Shown here: one piece after another, positions 1 to 7,428 of the stretch
Layout: each line of letters opens with the position of its first letter
Position numbering within the stretch: position 1 is the stretch's first letter
Source: a virus
UHGV virus genome: UHGV-0119398
Direction: 5' to 3' (one strand)
DNA: 27,935 nt
Translations under genes and position numbers: made by a program
The notes under the pieces: generated by a model
What the model was told of the DNA's origin: nothing
Databases searched by the model: none
The model's input: the letters and a program-made list of their open reading frames with translations, nothing else

Positions 1-49
1 CATACAAAACAATTAGTTAAAGTAATTTTTAATGCAATGAATTGCAGTA

Positions 50-1099
50 TTATGCAACCTCTGCCGCCATATTGTCGCCAACATACAGCGATAACGGATT
101 AAGGGTTACAGCTTGTTCAAGGTGGTCAGGAGCAAAGTGTGCATACTTCATTGTTTCTCGAATATTGGCATGCCCGAGAATTTTCTGCAGTACCAGTATA
201 TTCCCGCCGTTCATCATAAAATGCGCACCAAAAGTATGACGCAAAACGTGCGTCTTCTGCCCTTCCGTCAATTCAATATTCGTTAGTTTGAGCATCTTCT
301 TAAACTCCTGATAGCAGGGTTTAAACATTCTGCCTTGACGTACGGACAACTCGTCGTACAGCCATTTAGGAATAGGAACTGTGCGATTCTTCTTACCTTT
401 GGTTTTGGTGAACGTCAGTTTATATGGAGAAAGTTGAGGGCGGGTCAATCTCTCCGCTTCCCCCCATCGAGCGCCGGTTGCAAGGCACACCTTAACAATC
501 ATGGTGAGGTCTTCTTTGCCGTATTGCTCGCAGGCTCGAAACAGCTCCGGGAACTGAGACAAAGTTAGCCAGGACATTTCTTTCTCAGCCTCTTTGAATA
601 CTCGGATCCCATCAAGTGGATTGGGTAGGCTCCACTCCCCTAACCGGCGGAGCTCATTAAACACTGCTTCTAGGTATTGTTGTTCGCGATTGACGGTTAT
701 AGGTTTGGCGATCCATTTCGAGGGGTCTTTATGATAACCGTTGTCTATTTCACCACGTAATCGACGGTCACGATAATGAGCCCAGTCTTTCGCGGTAAGG
801 CGAGATGCAATCGGGTCACCAAGCCCATTACATACGATTTGAAGCTTTGCTAACCTCGACTTACTGGCGACTAACGCTTGACCGTGCAAATTGTGCCAAA
901 GCTGAATAATCTCGCTTAAGCGTCGGCGGTCTTCTTTCTTGCCGAGCCACGGCTTATCTTCACTCTCGCTTTTGGTAAATGCTTCAAATGCCTCGGCCTC
1001 ACCTTTGGTATTGAATTGCCGACGTATACGCCGCCCTTCTCGACCATTTGGATAGAGTTCACACAACCATTTTCCACTTTTTTGTTTACTTACAGTCAT
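50..1099 (-). CDS. int: Tyrosine integrase (P2 Int-like)
   Basis: 349-aa ORF; strong resemblance to P2 Int as I recall it, including LATGARWGEA and the C-terminal HVLRHTFGAHFMMNGGNILVLQKILGHANIRETMKYAHF recombinase motif block. Confidence 0.93.
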   Translation of the reverse strand: MTVSKQKSGKWLCELYPNGREGRRIRRQFNTKGEAEAFEAFTKSESEDKPWLGKKEDRRRLSEIIQLWHNLHGQALVASKSRLAKLQIVCNGLGDPIASRLTAKDWAHYRDRRLRGEIDNGYHKDPSKWIAKPITVNREQQYLEAVFNELRRLGEWSLPNPLDGIRVFKEAEKEMSWLTLSQFPELFRACEQYGKEDLTMIVKVCLATGARWGEAERLTRPQLSPYKLTFTKTKGKKNRTVPIPKWLYDELSVRQGRMFKPCYQEFKKMLKLTNIELTEGQKTHVLRHTFGAHFMMNGGNILVLQKILGHANIRETMKYAHFAPDHLEQAVTLNPLSLYVGDNMAAEVA

Positions 1100-1123
1100 T
1101 GCGATACCGAGGCTAAAAGAAAA

Positions 1124-1462
1124 TTAATTACAAAGGGCTGTAGCGGCATCAATCACCGGTGAAATTGAAATTTTAACGCCGTCATACTCAGGGTCATCCT
1201 TCCATACGTCATCTAAGTTAGACCCCTCCAGCTTTCCTGATTTAACAGCATCTACCGCCATGCCATTCAGAGGATATCTATCATCAGTTTTGATGTCATA
1301 CACAAAAGCATAAGCACGGTTAACACATGATACTTTTGCCTTTTCAAAGGTTAGAGGCCACTTGTCACCATATGCAGCGCCGTCTATCTCTTTAAACTTC
1401 TCAGCGGCTATGGCTGAGGAAGAAAGTGCAATGCAGACTATCGCAAATATAAACTTTTTCAT
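1124..1462 (-). CDS. Small secreted protein of unknown function (candidate lysogenic-conversion moron)
   Basis: 112 aa; N-terminal Sec-type signal peptide MKKFIFAIVCIALSSSAIA/AEK; AAGGAG Shine-Dalgarno 7 nt upstream that overlaps the repressor stop codon; 24 nt upstream of int start on the same strand; AT-rich. Confidence 0.65.
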   Translation of the reverse strand: MKKFIFAIVCIALSSSAIAAEKFKEIDGAAYGDKWPLTFEKAKVSCVNRAYAFVYDIKTDDRYPLNGMAVDAVKSGKLEGSNLDDVWKDDPEYDGVKISISPVIDAATALCN

Positions 1463-1471
1463 TACTGCTCC

Positions 1472-2317
1472 TTAAACATGCTTTTCCAAAGTAAAAATAA
1501 CCGCACCTGATGGTGTGATATCTGAAATATTACATTCAAACTCAGCAGACTTATTTGATAACCTGACCTTTCCGCCTGGCAACCTGATTACGTCAAAAAC
1601 ATCGAGTGCGCCATCAATACCAATAAGCCAGCGACCATTTCCTATCTTCGAGTTAGAACTATCAACAAGCCAAGATGTGCTCACACCATCAATAAACACT
1701 AAATCATCAGTATTTGATGGAACCATAGATATATCAGGAGTCCAGCGTCCGATATCTTTGAGTTCGCCCGCCTCGAGGCGGCACTTTCTAATCGTTAAAG
1801 CATTTGCCGGTTCACCATCATTACTGTTACGCATCTGGCCTTTTCCGGTTGATAACCATTCTAACGATACGCCAGTATCAAGGGCGCAAGTGACAACCAC
1901 GTCACCGGGGAAAAAATCGCGTCTAACCCAAGTGCTTATAGTGCCGGAAGATATACCTAATAAATCTCCAAGCTCTTTTTGCAGAGTAAAACCATACGCA
2001 TCGAGAATCCGACGCAGAACCGCCCTCCCTCCATTTGCCATGATTTCATCATAGAGTTGCTTACCTTTAAGCTTAGTTTTCACCACTTCAGATCTTGCAT
2101 TTGCAAGCTCACCATTAATTAGCCATCGCAGGTCAGCTCCAGTATCAAGAGCACACTCAACGAAAACGTTGCTAGGGATTACGTTTCTAGCAAGCCAGCT
2201 ACTCACGTTGTTTGCATGTATGCCAAGCCTTTCGGCTAGTTCCTTTTGCTGCTTAAAGCCGTATGCAGAAAGGACACGTTCCAATGCGGCAGACGCATTA
2301 ACATCATTTTTAGACAT
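1472..2317 (-). CDS. Immunity repressor candidate with two tandem CI-type HTH domains and a C-terminal oligomerisation/S24-like domain
   Basis: Start set at ATG 2315-2317 (MSKNDV...), not the ORF-track start at 2506. Two internal ~60-aa repeats (LERVLSAYGFKQQKELAERLGI...CALDTGADLRWL and LRRILDAYGFTLQKELGDLLGI...CALDTGVSLEWL) resemble the 186-CI-type HTH domain; sits where the repressor sits in P2/186, divergent from the early operon. Confidence 0.8.
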   Translation of the reverse strand: MSKNDVNASAALERVLSAYGFKQQKELAERLGIHANNVSSWLARNVIPSNVFVECALDTGADLRWLINGELANARSEVVKTKLKGKQLYDEIMANGGRAVLRRILDAYGFTLQKELGDLLGISSGTISTWVRRDFFPGDVVVTCALDTGVSLEWLSTGKGQMRNSNDGEPANALTIRKCRLEAGELKDIGRWTPDISMVPSNTDDLVFIDGVSTSWLVDSSNSKIGNGRWLIGIDGALDVFDVIRLPGGKVRLSNKSAEFECNISDITPSGAVIFTLEKHV

Positions 2318-2338
2318 ATGACACCAACAAGAATTTTG

Positions 2339-2367
2339 TTTACAACCAAAATTTAGCGATCTATATT
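2339..2367 (+). promoter_or_regulatory. Candidate early lytic promoter (pR/Pe-like): -35 TTTACA, 17-bp spacer, -10 TATATT
   Basis: Hexamers at 2339-2344 and 2362-2367 in the 113-bp gap between repressor start and the Apl-like ORF, oriented toward the early operon. Confidence 0.4.
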
Positions 2368-2430
2368 GGTGCTCATCGACCAAGATGCACACCACTGCAC
2401 TACATTTCAAACAACAGGAGATAATGCGAT

Positions 2431-2802
2431 ATGTCAGATGCAAAATCAATCTCGACGCACGACTCGCAAAACTCACAAAATCAAACTGTGCTGCTAGATC
2501 CAACACAGTTTGATGCCATCGTTACCGCCATGCTGCCAGCTCTACAGACAATGATTCGCTCCGCTATGTCAGACACGATGACTGTGAAAGACTTCGCCGC
2601 TACTCGCGGTGTTAGCGAGCGTCTGGTCTGGCAATGGCTCGATGAGGGAGTCCTTCTCAAAGCTCCGACCAAAGACTTTTCCAACAAAGAGGAAGCCGGT
2701 AAACGAAGCCGCACCCTCGTAAACGTAAAAGCATGGCGCGACAAACTGACTCAACAAGCGATCGATTGTCGCTACATCGACCAGCGCACCGCTCTTAACT
2801 GA
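2431..2802 (+). CDS. Apl/Cox-like small HTH regulator/excisionase candidate (N-terminally extended)
   Basis: First gene of the rightward early operon, directly before cII; HTH-like segment TVKDFAATRGVSERLVWQWLDEG; AGGAG SD 9 nt before ATG 2431. True start could be an internal Met (2551 or 2578). Confidence 0.55.
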   Translation: MSDAKSISTHDSQNSQNQTVLLDPTQFDAIVTAMLPALQTMIRSAMSDTMTVKDFAATRGVSERLVWQWLDEGVLLKAPTKDFSNKEEAGKRSRTLVNVKAWRDKLTQQAIDCRYIDQRTALN

Positions 2803-2834
2803 ATTTGATTATGCAAGTTAGAGGGAACTTAACC

Positions 2835-3344
2835 ATGTTTGATTTTCAGATTTCCAAACATCCCCACTATGACGATGCGTGTCGTGCTTTCGCTCAACGT
2901 CACAACATGGCGAAGCTGGCCGAGCGTGCGGGTATGAACGTTCAAACGTTACGTAACAAGCTCAACCCGGAACAGCCTCACCAGTTCACGCCGCCTGAGT
3001 TATGGCTGCTGACAGACCTGACCGAAGACTCAACTTTAGTTGATGGTTTTCTGGCGCAGATTCACTGTCTGCCATGTGTACCGGTCAACGAACTGGCGAA
3101 AGACAAACTGCAGTCTTACGTCATGCGTGCTATGCGTGAGCTGGGAGAGCTGGCGAGCGGCGCGGTCTCTGATGAGCGACTGACCTCTGCCCGTAAGCAC
3201 ACCATGATTGAAAGCGTTAACTCTGGTATTCGCATGTTGTCTTTGTCGGCACTGGCGCTGCATGCGCGTTTGCAGACCAATCCAGCAATGACGAGTGTTG
3301 TCGATACCATGAGCGGTATTGGCGCGTCATTCGGTCTGATTTGA
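2835..3344 (+). CDS. cII: CII-like lysogeny establishment activator (186 CII family)
   Basis: Start moved to ATG 2835 (MFDFQISKHPHYDDACRAFAQRHNMAKLAERAGMNVQTLRNKL...), giving 169 aa; near-identical to 186 CII as I recall it; GAGGG SD upstream. Confidence 0.85.
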   Translation: MFDFQISKHPHYDDACRAFAQRHNMAKLAERAGMNVQTLRNKLNPEQPHQFTPPELWLLTDLTEDSTLVDGFLAQIHCLPCVPVNELAKDKLQSYVMRAMRELGELASGAVSDERLTSARKHTMIESVNSGIRMLSLSALALHARLQTNPAMTSVVDTMSGIGASFGLI

Positions 3345-3351
3345 GGTGCTT

Positions 3352-3552
3352 ATGCTGAAAAATGAACCATCATTCGCGTCTCTGCTAGTTAAACAAAGCC
3401 CCGGCATGCACTTCGGCCACGGCTGGATCGCAGGTAAGGACGGCAAGCGCTGGCACCCGAGCCGCTCACAGGCTGATTTACTGGCTGACCTGTCCACCAA
3501 AAAACAGGGGAAATCATGGCTATCGAAGCTGTTTCCGCGAATGTTCCGCTAA
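3352..3552 (+). CDS. Small early protein, unknown function (occupies the position of 186 fil)
   Basis: 66 aa from ATG 3352 (ORF track begins at GTG 3346); GAGG SD 5-6 nt upstream; function assigned by position only. Confidence 0.45.
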   Translation: MLKNEPSFASLLVKQSPGMHFGHGWIAGKDGKRWHPSRSQADLLADLSTKKQGKSWLSKLFPRMFR

Positions 3553-3854
3553 AGGCTGGCGAGCGTCTGGCTGGTCTCAATCACATAGCTGAATTACGCG
3601 CGAGATATTGGGGTGATAGCTGGAAAGAGGTTGAGCGCTTTGTCGATGATATGCGCGATAAACGCGATCCACAATTTGAAGAAAATACTCGGGCGCTGGC
3701 CGCTATTTTCTTTCTGGCAAAAATACCGGCGGCTCGTCATGAGCTCGAATTAAGTGAGCTGACTACTGACGAGAAAAAAGCATTGATTACAGCAATGAAT
3801 CATTTTCGTGCAGTGGTGAGCTTATTTCCAAAACGGCTAACCATGCCGAATTAA
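3516..3854 (+). CDS. Hypothetical early protein
   Basis: 112 aa; GGGGA SD before ATG 3516; overlaps the end of the preceding small ORF in another frame; early-operon position. Confidence 0.6.
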   Translation: MAIEAVSANVPLKAGERLAGLNHIAELRARYWGDSWKEVERFVDDMRDKRDPQFEENTRALAAIFFLAKIPAARHELELSELTTDEKKALITAMNHFRAVVSLFPKRLTMPN

Positions 3855-3921
3855 TCCAAACAGAAATTTAATGGCGTAAACCCGCCGGGCTTCTTATTGC
3901 CCGAAATCAGGAGAGTAAATT

Positions 3922-4149
3922 ATGCGTAATACCGAAATCCGTAGTTTTAACACCGATAGCGATGCGCTGGCCGTATTGCTGACCGATGCAAAAAAAGAGG
4001 AGCGTAAAGACCGCGCGCTCGCTGTTTCCATCCGCCTTGAGGCGCTGGCTATCCATATCACCAAAGAAGGTATGAGCGGCACCGAAGCTGCCGAACTGCT
4101 GCGCCGTGAAGCAACCCGCTTTGAGAATGAATCACAGGAGCTGCACTAA
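3922..4149 (+). CDS. Hypothetical early protein
   Basis: 75 aa; AGGAG SD upstream; stop overlaps the next start (TAATG). Confidence 0.6.
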   Translation: MRNTEIRSFNTDSDALAVLLTDAKKEERKDRALAVSIRLEALAIHITKEGMSGTEAAELLRREATRFENESQELH

Positions 4150-4370
4150 TGGCCGACGCAATGGATTTAGCACAACTGCGCGAGCAGGAAGACCGCGAAC
4201 GCCACATCAGCAACGCACGCACCCGTATCGCTGCACCTTCCCGTTTTCTTTGCGAGGAATGTGACGCACCAATCCCGGAAGCTCGCCGCATTGCGATTCC
4301 GGGCGTGGCTTTTTGCGTAACCTGCCAGCAAATCGCAGAGCTAAAAAACAAACACTATCGGGGGGTATAA
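4149..4370 (+). CDS. TraR/DksA-family C4 zinc-finger protein (P2 orf82-like)
   Basis: 73 aa with CEECDAPIPEARRIAIPGVAFCVTCQ (CxxC-N17-CxxC); sits just upstream of gene A as in P2. Confidence 0.75.
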   Translation: MADAMDLAQLREQEDRERHISNARTRIAAPSRFLCEECDAPIPEARRIAIPGVAFCVTCQQIAELKNKHYRGV

Positions 4371-4371
4371 A

Positions 4372-6594
4372 TTGGCTGTTCAATTCGCTTATCCGTGGAA
4401 CGTCCCACGGTCGGCAATCTCCAGCCCATACCTTACTTATGAGCAACAGCATCGCCGCGACCGTATGTTCGCGGCTTTGCTGCATGCAAAAAAGGTGCTT
4501 TCTCTCCAGCCCGACTGCGTGCGGTTAGATGTTTATCGCACTGCTGCGGTGCTGGAACAAAATCAGGGTAGTCAACGAGCCAATGCATTTTTAATCAGCT
4601 TCTGCAAAAAGGCATTGCCGCGTCTTGAACTGGTCGCAAAAAAATACGAATGCGCTGGTATCAACAGCAAGGTATCAACCGCTGTTTTTGGAAGTCATTT
4701 TGATACTCAGCAAATGCAATATCTGTCGTCACGCATGGTTAATATGGTCGCCCGATATAACCGTCTCCCGGACATGTCGCGCGCTGATGTTGACCTGTTG
4801 GCCGCTGATATTGCTAATTTCATTCGTGGTGAACTTGCCAACATTAATGACCACGGATTCGGCGAGCTTAAAACGCTGTACACCTGGTATATTCGTGCTG
4901 GCTTTATTTCCCTCCAATTCAACGTTATCCCACCACATTGGGAGCGGGTTGAAAAAAAATATGTCGGTGCGGATGAAATCGCACCGGCTATCGCCAAAAT
5001 GTTTAACGATGGGTGGTGGCGCGGTCTTTTGCGCCGTGTAGCAGCTACGTGGCGCGAACACCTGCAAATTGCAGTCGGCAACGTCAGTAAGAAAAAAAAC
5101 ACTTACGCGAGTAAAAACTGCGTGACTGACTGGCGTGAACAAAAGCGCCGCACTCGTGAATTTCTCAAAGGTCTGGATCTCGAAGACGAAGACGGCAACC
5201 GTATCAGCCTAATTGAAAAATATGATGGCTCAGTTGCTAACCCTGCGATTCGCCGCTGTGAGCTCATGACCCGCATTCGTGGGTTTGAAAACATCTGTAA
5301 TGAGCTCGGTTATGTCGGTGAGTTTTACACTCTAACCGCGCCGTCAAAATATCACGCCACGACTAAAGCCGGTTACCGTAACAGCAAATGGAGCGGTGCC
5401 AGCCCGGCTGACACGCAAAACTATCTAACCGGTATCTGGGCGCGTATCCGTGCCAAACTACATCGGGAAAATGTCCGTATTTTCGGTATTCGTGTCGCCG
5501 AGCCCCATCACGACGGCACTCCACACTGGCACATGCTGATGTTCATGCTGCCGGAAGATGTTGAATATGTTCGCTCCATCGTCCGTAAATACGCATGGAA
5601 AGAAGACCGCCACGAACTGAAAAGCGATAAATCCCAAAAAGCACGTTTCCACGCGGAGTCCATTGACCCGGAGAAAGGCAGCGCAACCGGCTATGTTGCT
5701 AAATACATTTCAAAAAATATCGACGGTTATGCTCTCGATGGTGAAACCGATGATGAAAGCGGTGAGCTGCTGAAAGAGACAGCCCCCGCCGTTTCAGCAT
5801 GGGCTGCGCGCTGGCACATCCGTCAGTTTCAGTTTATTGGTGGTGCGCCGGTGACGGTTTACCGTGAGTTGCGTCGCCTCGCTGATACCGAAACCGCGCA
5901 CGGTCTGAGCGTTGAGTTTGCCGCCGTCCATGATGCCGCCGACGCTGGTGACTGGGCTGGTTATGTTAATGCTCAGGGTGGGCCGTTTGTCCGTCGCGAT
6001 GATTTACAGGTGCGCACACTGTATGAACCGCGTACCGAGCTTAATCAGTACGGTGAGGAAACGGTATGTATTAAGGGGGTCTACGATTCCTCCATAGGTG
6101 CAGGAAGCCCGATTTTAACCCGGCTCACTCAGTGGAAGATTGTTCCGAAGCGTGCTGTTGATTTGGCCGTTGACCTTCAGGACGGCAAAGCCGTCCCTCG
6201 GAGTTCTGTCAATAACTGTACGGGAAGCGAAAGCGATCCACCGATACTGGATTTAACAAAACCACTGAGTCGGCGTGAAAGACGTGAATTGACCAACCGA
6301 CTCAGGAAGCAAAAGCCAGCAGCACGGCGAAAATTCATCCACGGAACGGATGAGCAAAACGCAGCTATAGCTAAAACTATCGATGAGATACATCTGACAA
6401 CCGGCATTAATATCAGCCGGGGCGAAGCCCTGCACCTGATGGCCGGTGGTAAAAGTTGTTTTGATGGTAAATGGCTACGCGGAACGGCCAAAGGAGAAAT
6501 ATTTTCCGCAGCACCATCGCATGAGGCTAAAGCTCGGAAAATCCTTAATCGTGTTGCGGCGATGGCTGAAGCATCAAAACCAATACATGAGTAA
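4372..6594 (+). CDS. A: Replication initiation protein gpA (HUH rolling-circle endonuclease)
   Basis: 740 aa; HUH motif VAEPHHDGTPHWHMLMF and catalytic tyrosine motif GYVAKYISKNIDGY as in P2 gpA; apparent TTG start at 4372 with G-rich SD, coupled to the upstream stop. Confidence 0.9.
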   Translation: MAVQFAYPWNVPRSAISSPYLTYEQQHRRDRMFAALLHAKKVLSLQPDCVRLDVYRTAAVLEQNQGSQRANAFLISFCKKALPRLELVAKKYECAGINSKVSTAVFGSHFDTQQMQYLSSRMVNMVARYNRLPDMSRADVDLLAADIANFIRGELANINDHGFGELKTLYTWYIRAGFISLQFNVIPPHWERVEKKYVGADEIAPAIAKMFNDGWWRGLLRRVAATWREHLQIAVGNVSKKKNTYASKNCVTDWREQKRRTREFLKGLDLEDEDGNRISLIEKYDGSVANPAIRRCELMTRIRGFENICNELGYVGEFYTLTAPSKYHATTKAGYRNSKWSGASPADTQNYLTGIWARIRAKLHRENVRIFGIRVAEPHHDGTPHWHMLMFMLPEDVEYVRSIVRKYAWKEDRHELKSDKSQKARFHAESIDPEKGSATGYVAKYISKNIDGYALDGETDDESGELLKETAPAVSAWAARWHIRQFQFIGGAPVTVYRELRRLADTETAHGLSVEFAAVHDAADAGDWAGYVNAQGGPFVRRDDLQVRTLYEPRTELNQYGEETVCIKGVYDSSIGAGSPILTRLTQWKIVPKRAVDLAVDLQDGKAVPRSSVNNCTGSESDPPILDLTKPLSRRERRELTNRLRKQKPAARRKFIHGTDEQNAAIAKTIDEIHLTTGINISRGEALHLMAGGKSCFDGKWLRGTAKGEIFSAAPSHEAKARKILNRVAAMAEASKPIHE

Positions 6595-6668
6595 TTCATA
6601 TCCATATCATGCACATACAGCAATCGCTCTATTCGTTTTTTTTCTTCCCATCTTTTGCCAATACGTGC

Positions 6669-6688
6669 TACTGTATAAATATACAGTA
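6669..6688 (+). promoter_or_regulatory. LexA (SOS) box TACTGTATAAATATACAGTA overlapping a promoter (-35 TTGCCA at 6655-6660)
   Basis: 19 of 20 match to the E. coli LexA consensus TACTGTATATATATACAGTA; sits about 20 nt upstream of the ORF at 6708, the architecture of the 186 tum promoter. Confidence 0.75.
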
Positions 6689-6707
6689 ACCCTGTGGGAG
6701 GGATTTC

Positions 6708-6890
6708 ATGGTTGGCGAACATTTCAGCCGAACGCAGCAAAAGTGGGCTTGTGTGCAATTTATTGCCGAGGTATCTCTGATTGCAAACTGCAAGCCATCA
6801 GACTTAAAGCTCGCGCTCACTCTCATTGCAGACCTAGCAAACAGCGAAAATAACGAAACCGAAGATGATAATTTTTATAAGGCTGATTAG
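6708..6890 (+). CDS. SOS-controlled small protein, possibly the N-terminal portion of a Tum-like antirepressor
   Basis: 60 aa; GGGAGGG SD; directly downstream of the LexA box; ends in TAG, in frame with the DinI-like ORF that follows one codon later. Confidence 0.55.
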   Translation: MVGEHFSRTQQKWACVQFIAEVSLIANCKPSDLKLALTLIADLANSENNETEDDNFYKAD

Positions 6891-6893
6891 ATT

Positions 6894-7127
6894 ATGAGAA
6901 TCAATATCACGTTGGATAAAGAGCAAAAAATTAGTCAGGCAACGTTGGATGCGCTTGAGGCTGAGCTGTACCGCAATCTGCAACCTATTTACCCAAAGAC
7001 CGCTATCCGCATTCGCAAGGGCTCCGCAAATGGCGTTGAGCTAAGCGGTTTGAAACTGGACGAAGATAAAAAACGAGTAATGGAAATCATGCAGCAGGTA
7101 TGGGAGGACGATAGCTGGTTGCATTAA
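6894..7127 (+). CDS. DinI-family protein (Tum C-terminal domain-like)
   Basis: 77 aa; MRINITLDKEQKISQATLDALEAEL...KKRVMEIMQQVWEDDSW aligns with E. coli DinI as I recall it. Confidence 0.8.
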   Translation: MRINITLDKEQKISQATLDALEAELYRNLQPIYPKTAIRIRKGSANGVELSGLKLDEDKKRVMEIMQQVWEDDSWLH

Positions 7128-7223
7128 CAAACGCCGCCGGTGCTGAAACTCGCTTTCAGTGCTGGCGGGGTTGAACAACGAGCCCCGCGAGGCGTTAGCC
7201 TGCCCCTTAGAGACTGCCCCCAA

Positions 7224-7249
7224 CCGGCACGATTAAAGCCGGTTTTTTT
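7224..7249 (+). terminator. Candidate rho-independent terminator ending the SOS operon
   Basis: CCGGC-loop-GCCGG followed by a T7 run; weak 5-bp stem. A larger hairpin without a U-tract lies at 7134-7168. Confidence 0.4.
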
Positions 7250-7409
7250 ATGCCATTTTTCCGCGATTTCTCCGCTTTTTAGCCGTGCATGCAACAGGTG
7301 CATGGTTTTGCATGCGTCGTGGTTGCCAGTTCTGGCCGTGCGCCGTCAGTGCTGGCGCGGATCAAGAGTGGTCATGCAACTGCATTAAAACCGACCCATA
7401 AAGCGGGCA

Positions 7410-7428
7410 GGCGTGGCGGGGAAAGCAT
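7410..7428 (+). other. cos cohesive-end sequence (19 nt) GGCGTGGCGGGGAAAGCAT
   Basis: Matches my recollection of the P2/186 cohesive end (P2: GGCGAGGCGGGGAAAGCAC); lies between the early/SOS region and the distal end of portal gene Q, the expected place and orientation. Confidence 0.6.

Noticed and set aside
1-49. attL core or a flanking tRNA at the left edge
   Set aside because: Only 49 nt lie outside int; they are AT-rich with no tRNA-like structure, and without the other prophage end the core repeat cannot be identified.
42-568. Plus-strand ORFs (65 aa and 77 aa) inside the integrase gene
   Set aside because: Antisense to a strongly supported integrase; no independent support.
2486-2508. 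CTGT...ACAG pair in the switch region as a second LexA box
   Set aside because: Spacing between CTGT and ACAG is 15 nt rather than the 8 nt of a LexA site; treated as part of the 10-bp inverted repeat instead.
6177-6758. 193-aa minus-strand ORF spanning the 3' end of gene A and the LexA-box promoter
   Set aside because: Overlaps the conserved gpA reading frame and the SOS promoter; translation looks non-protein-like; no start context.
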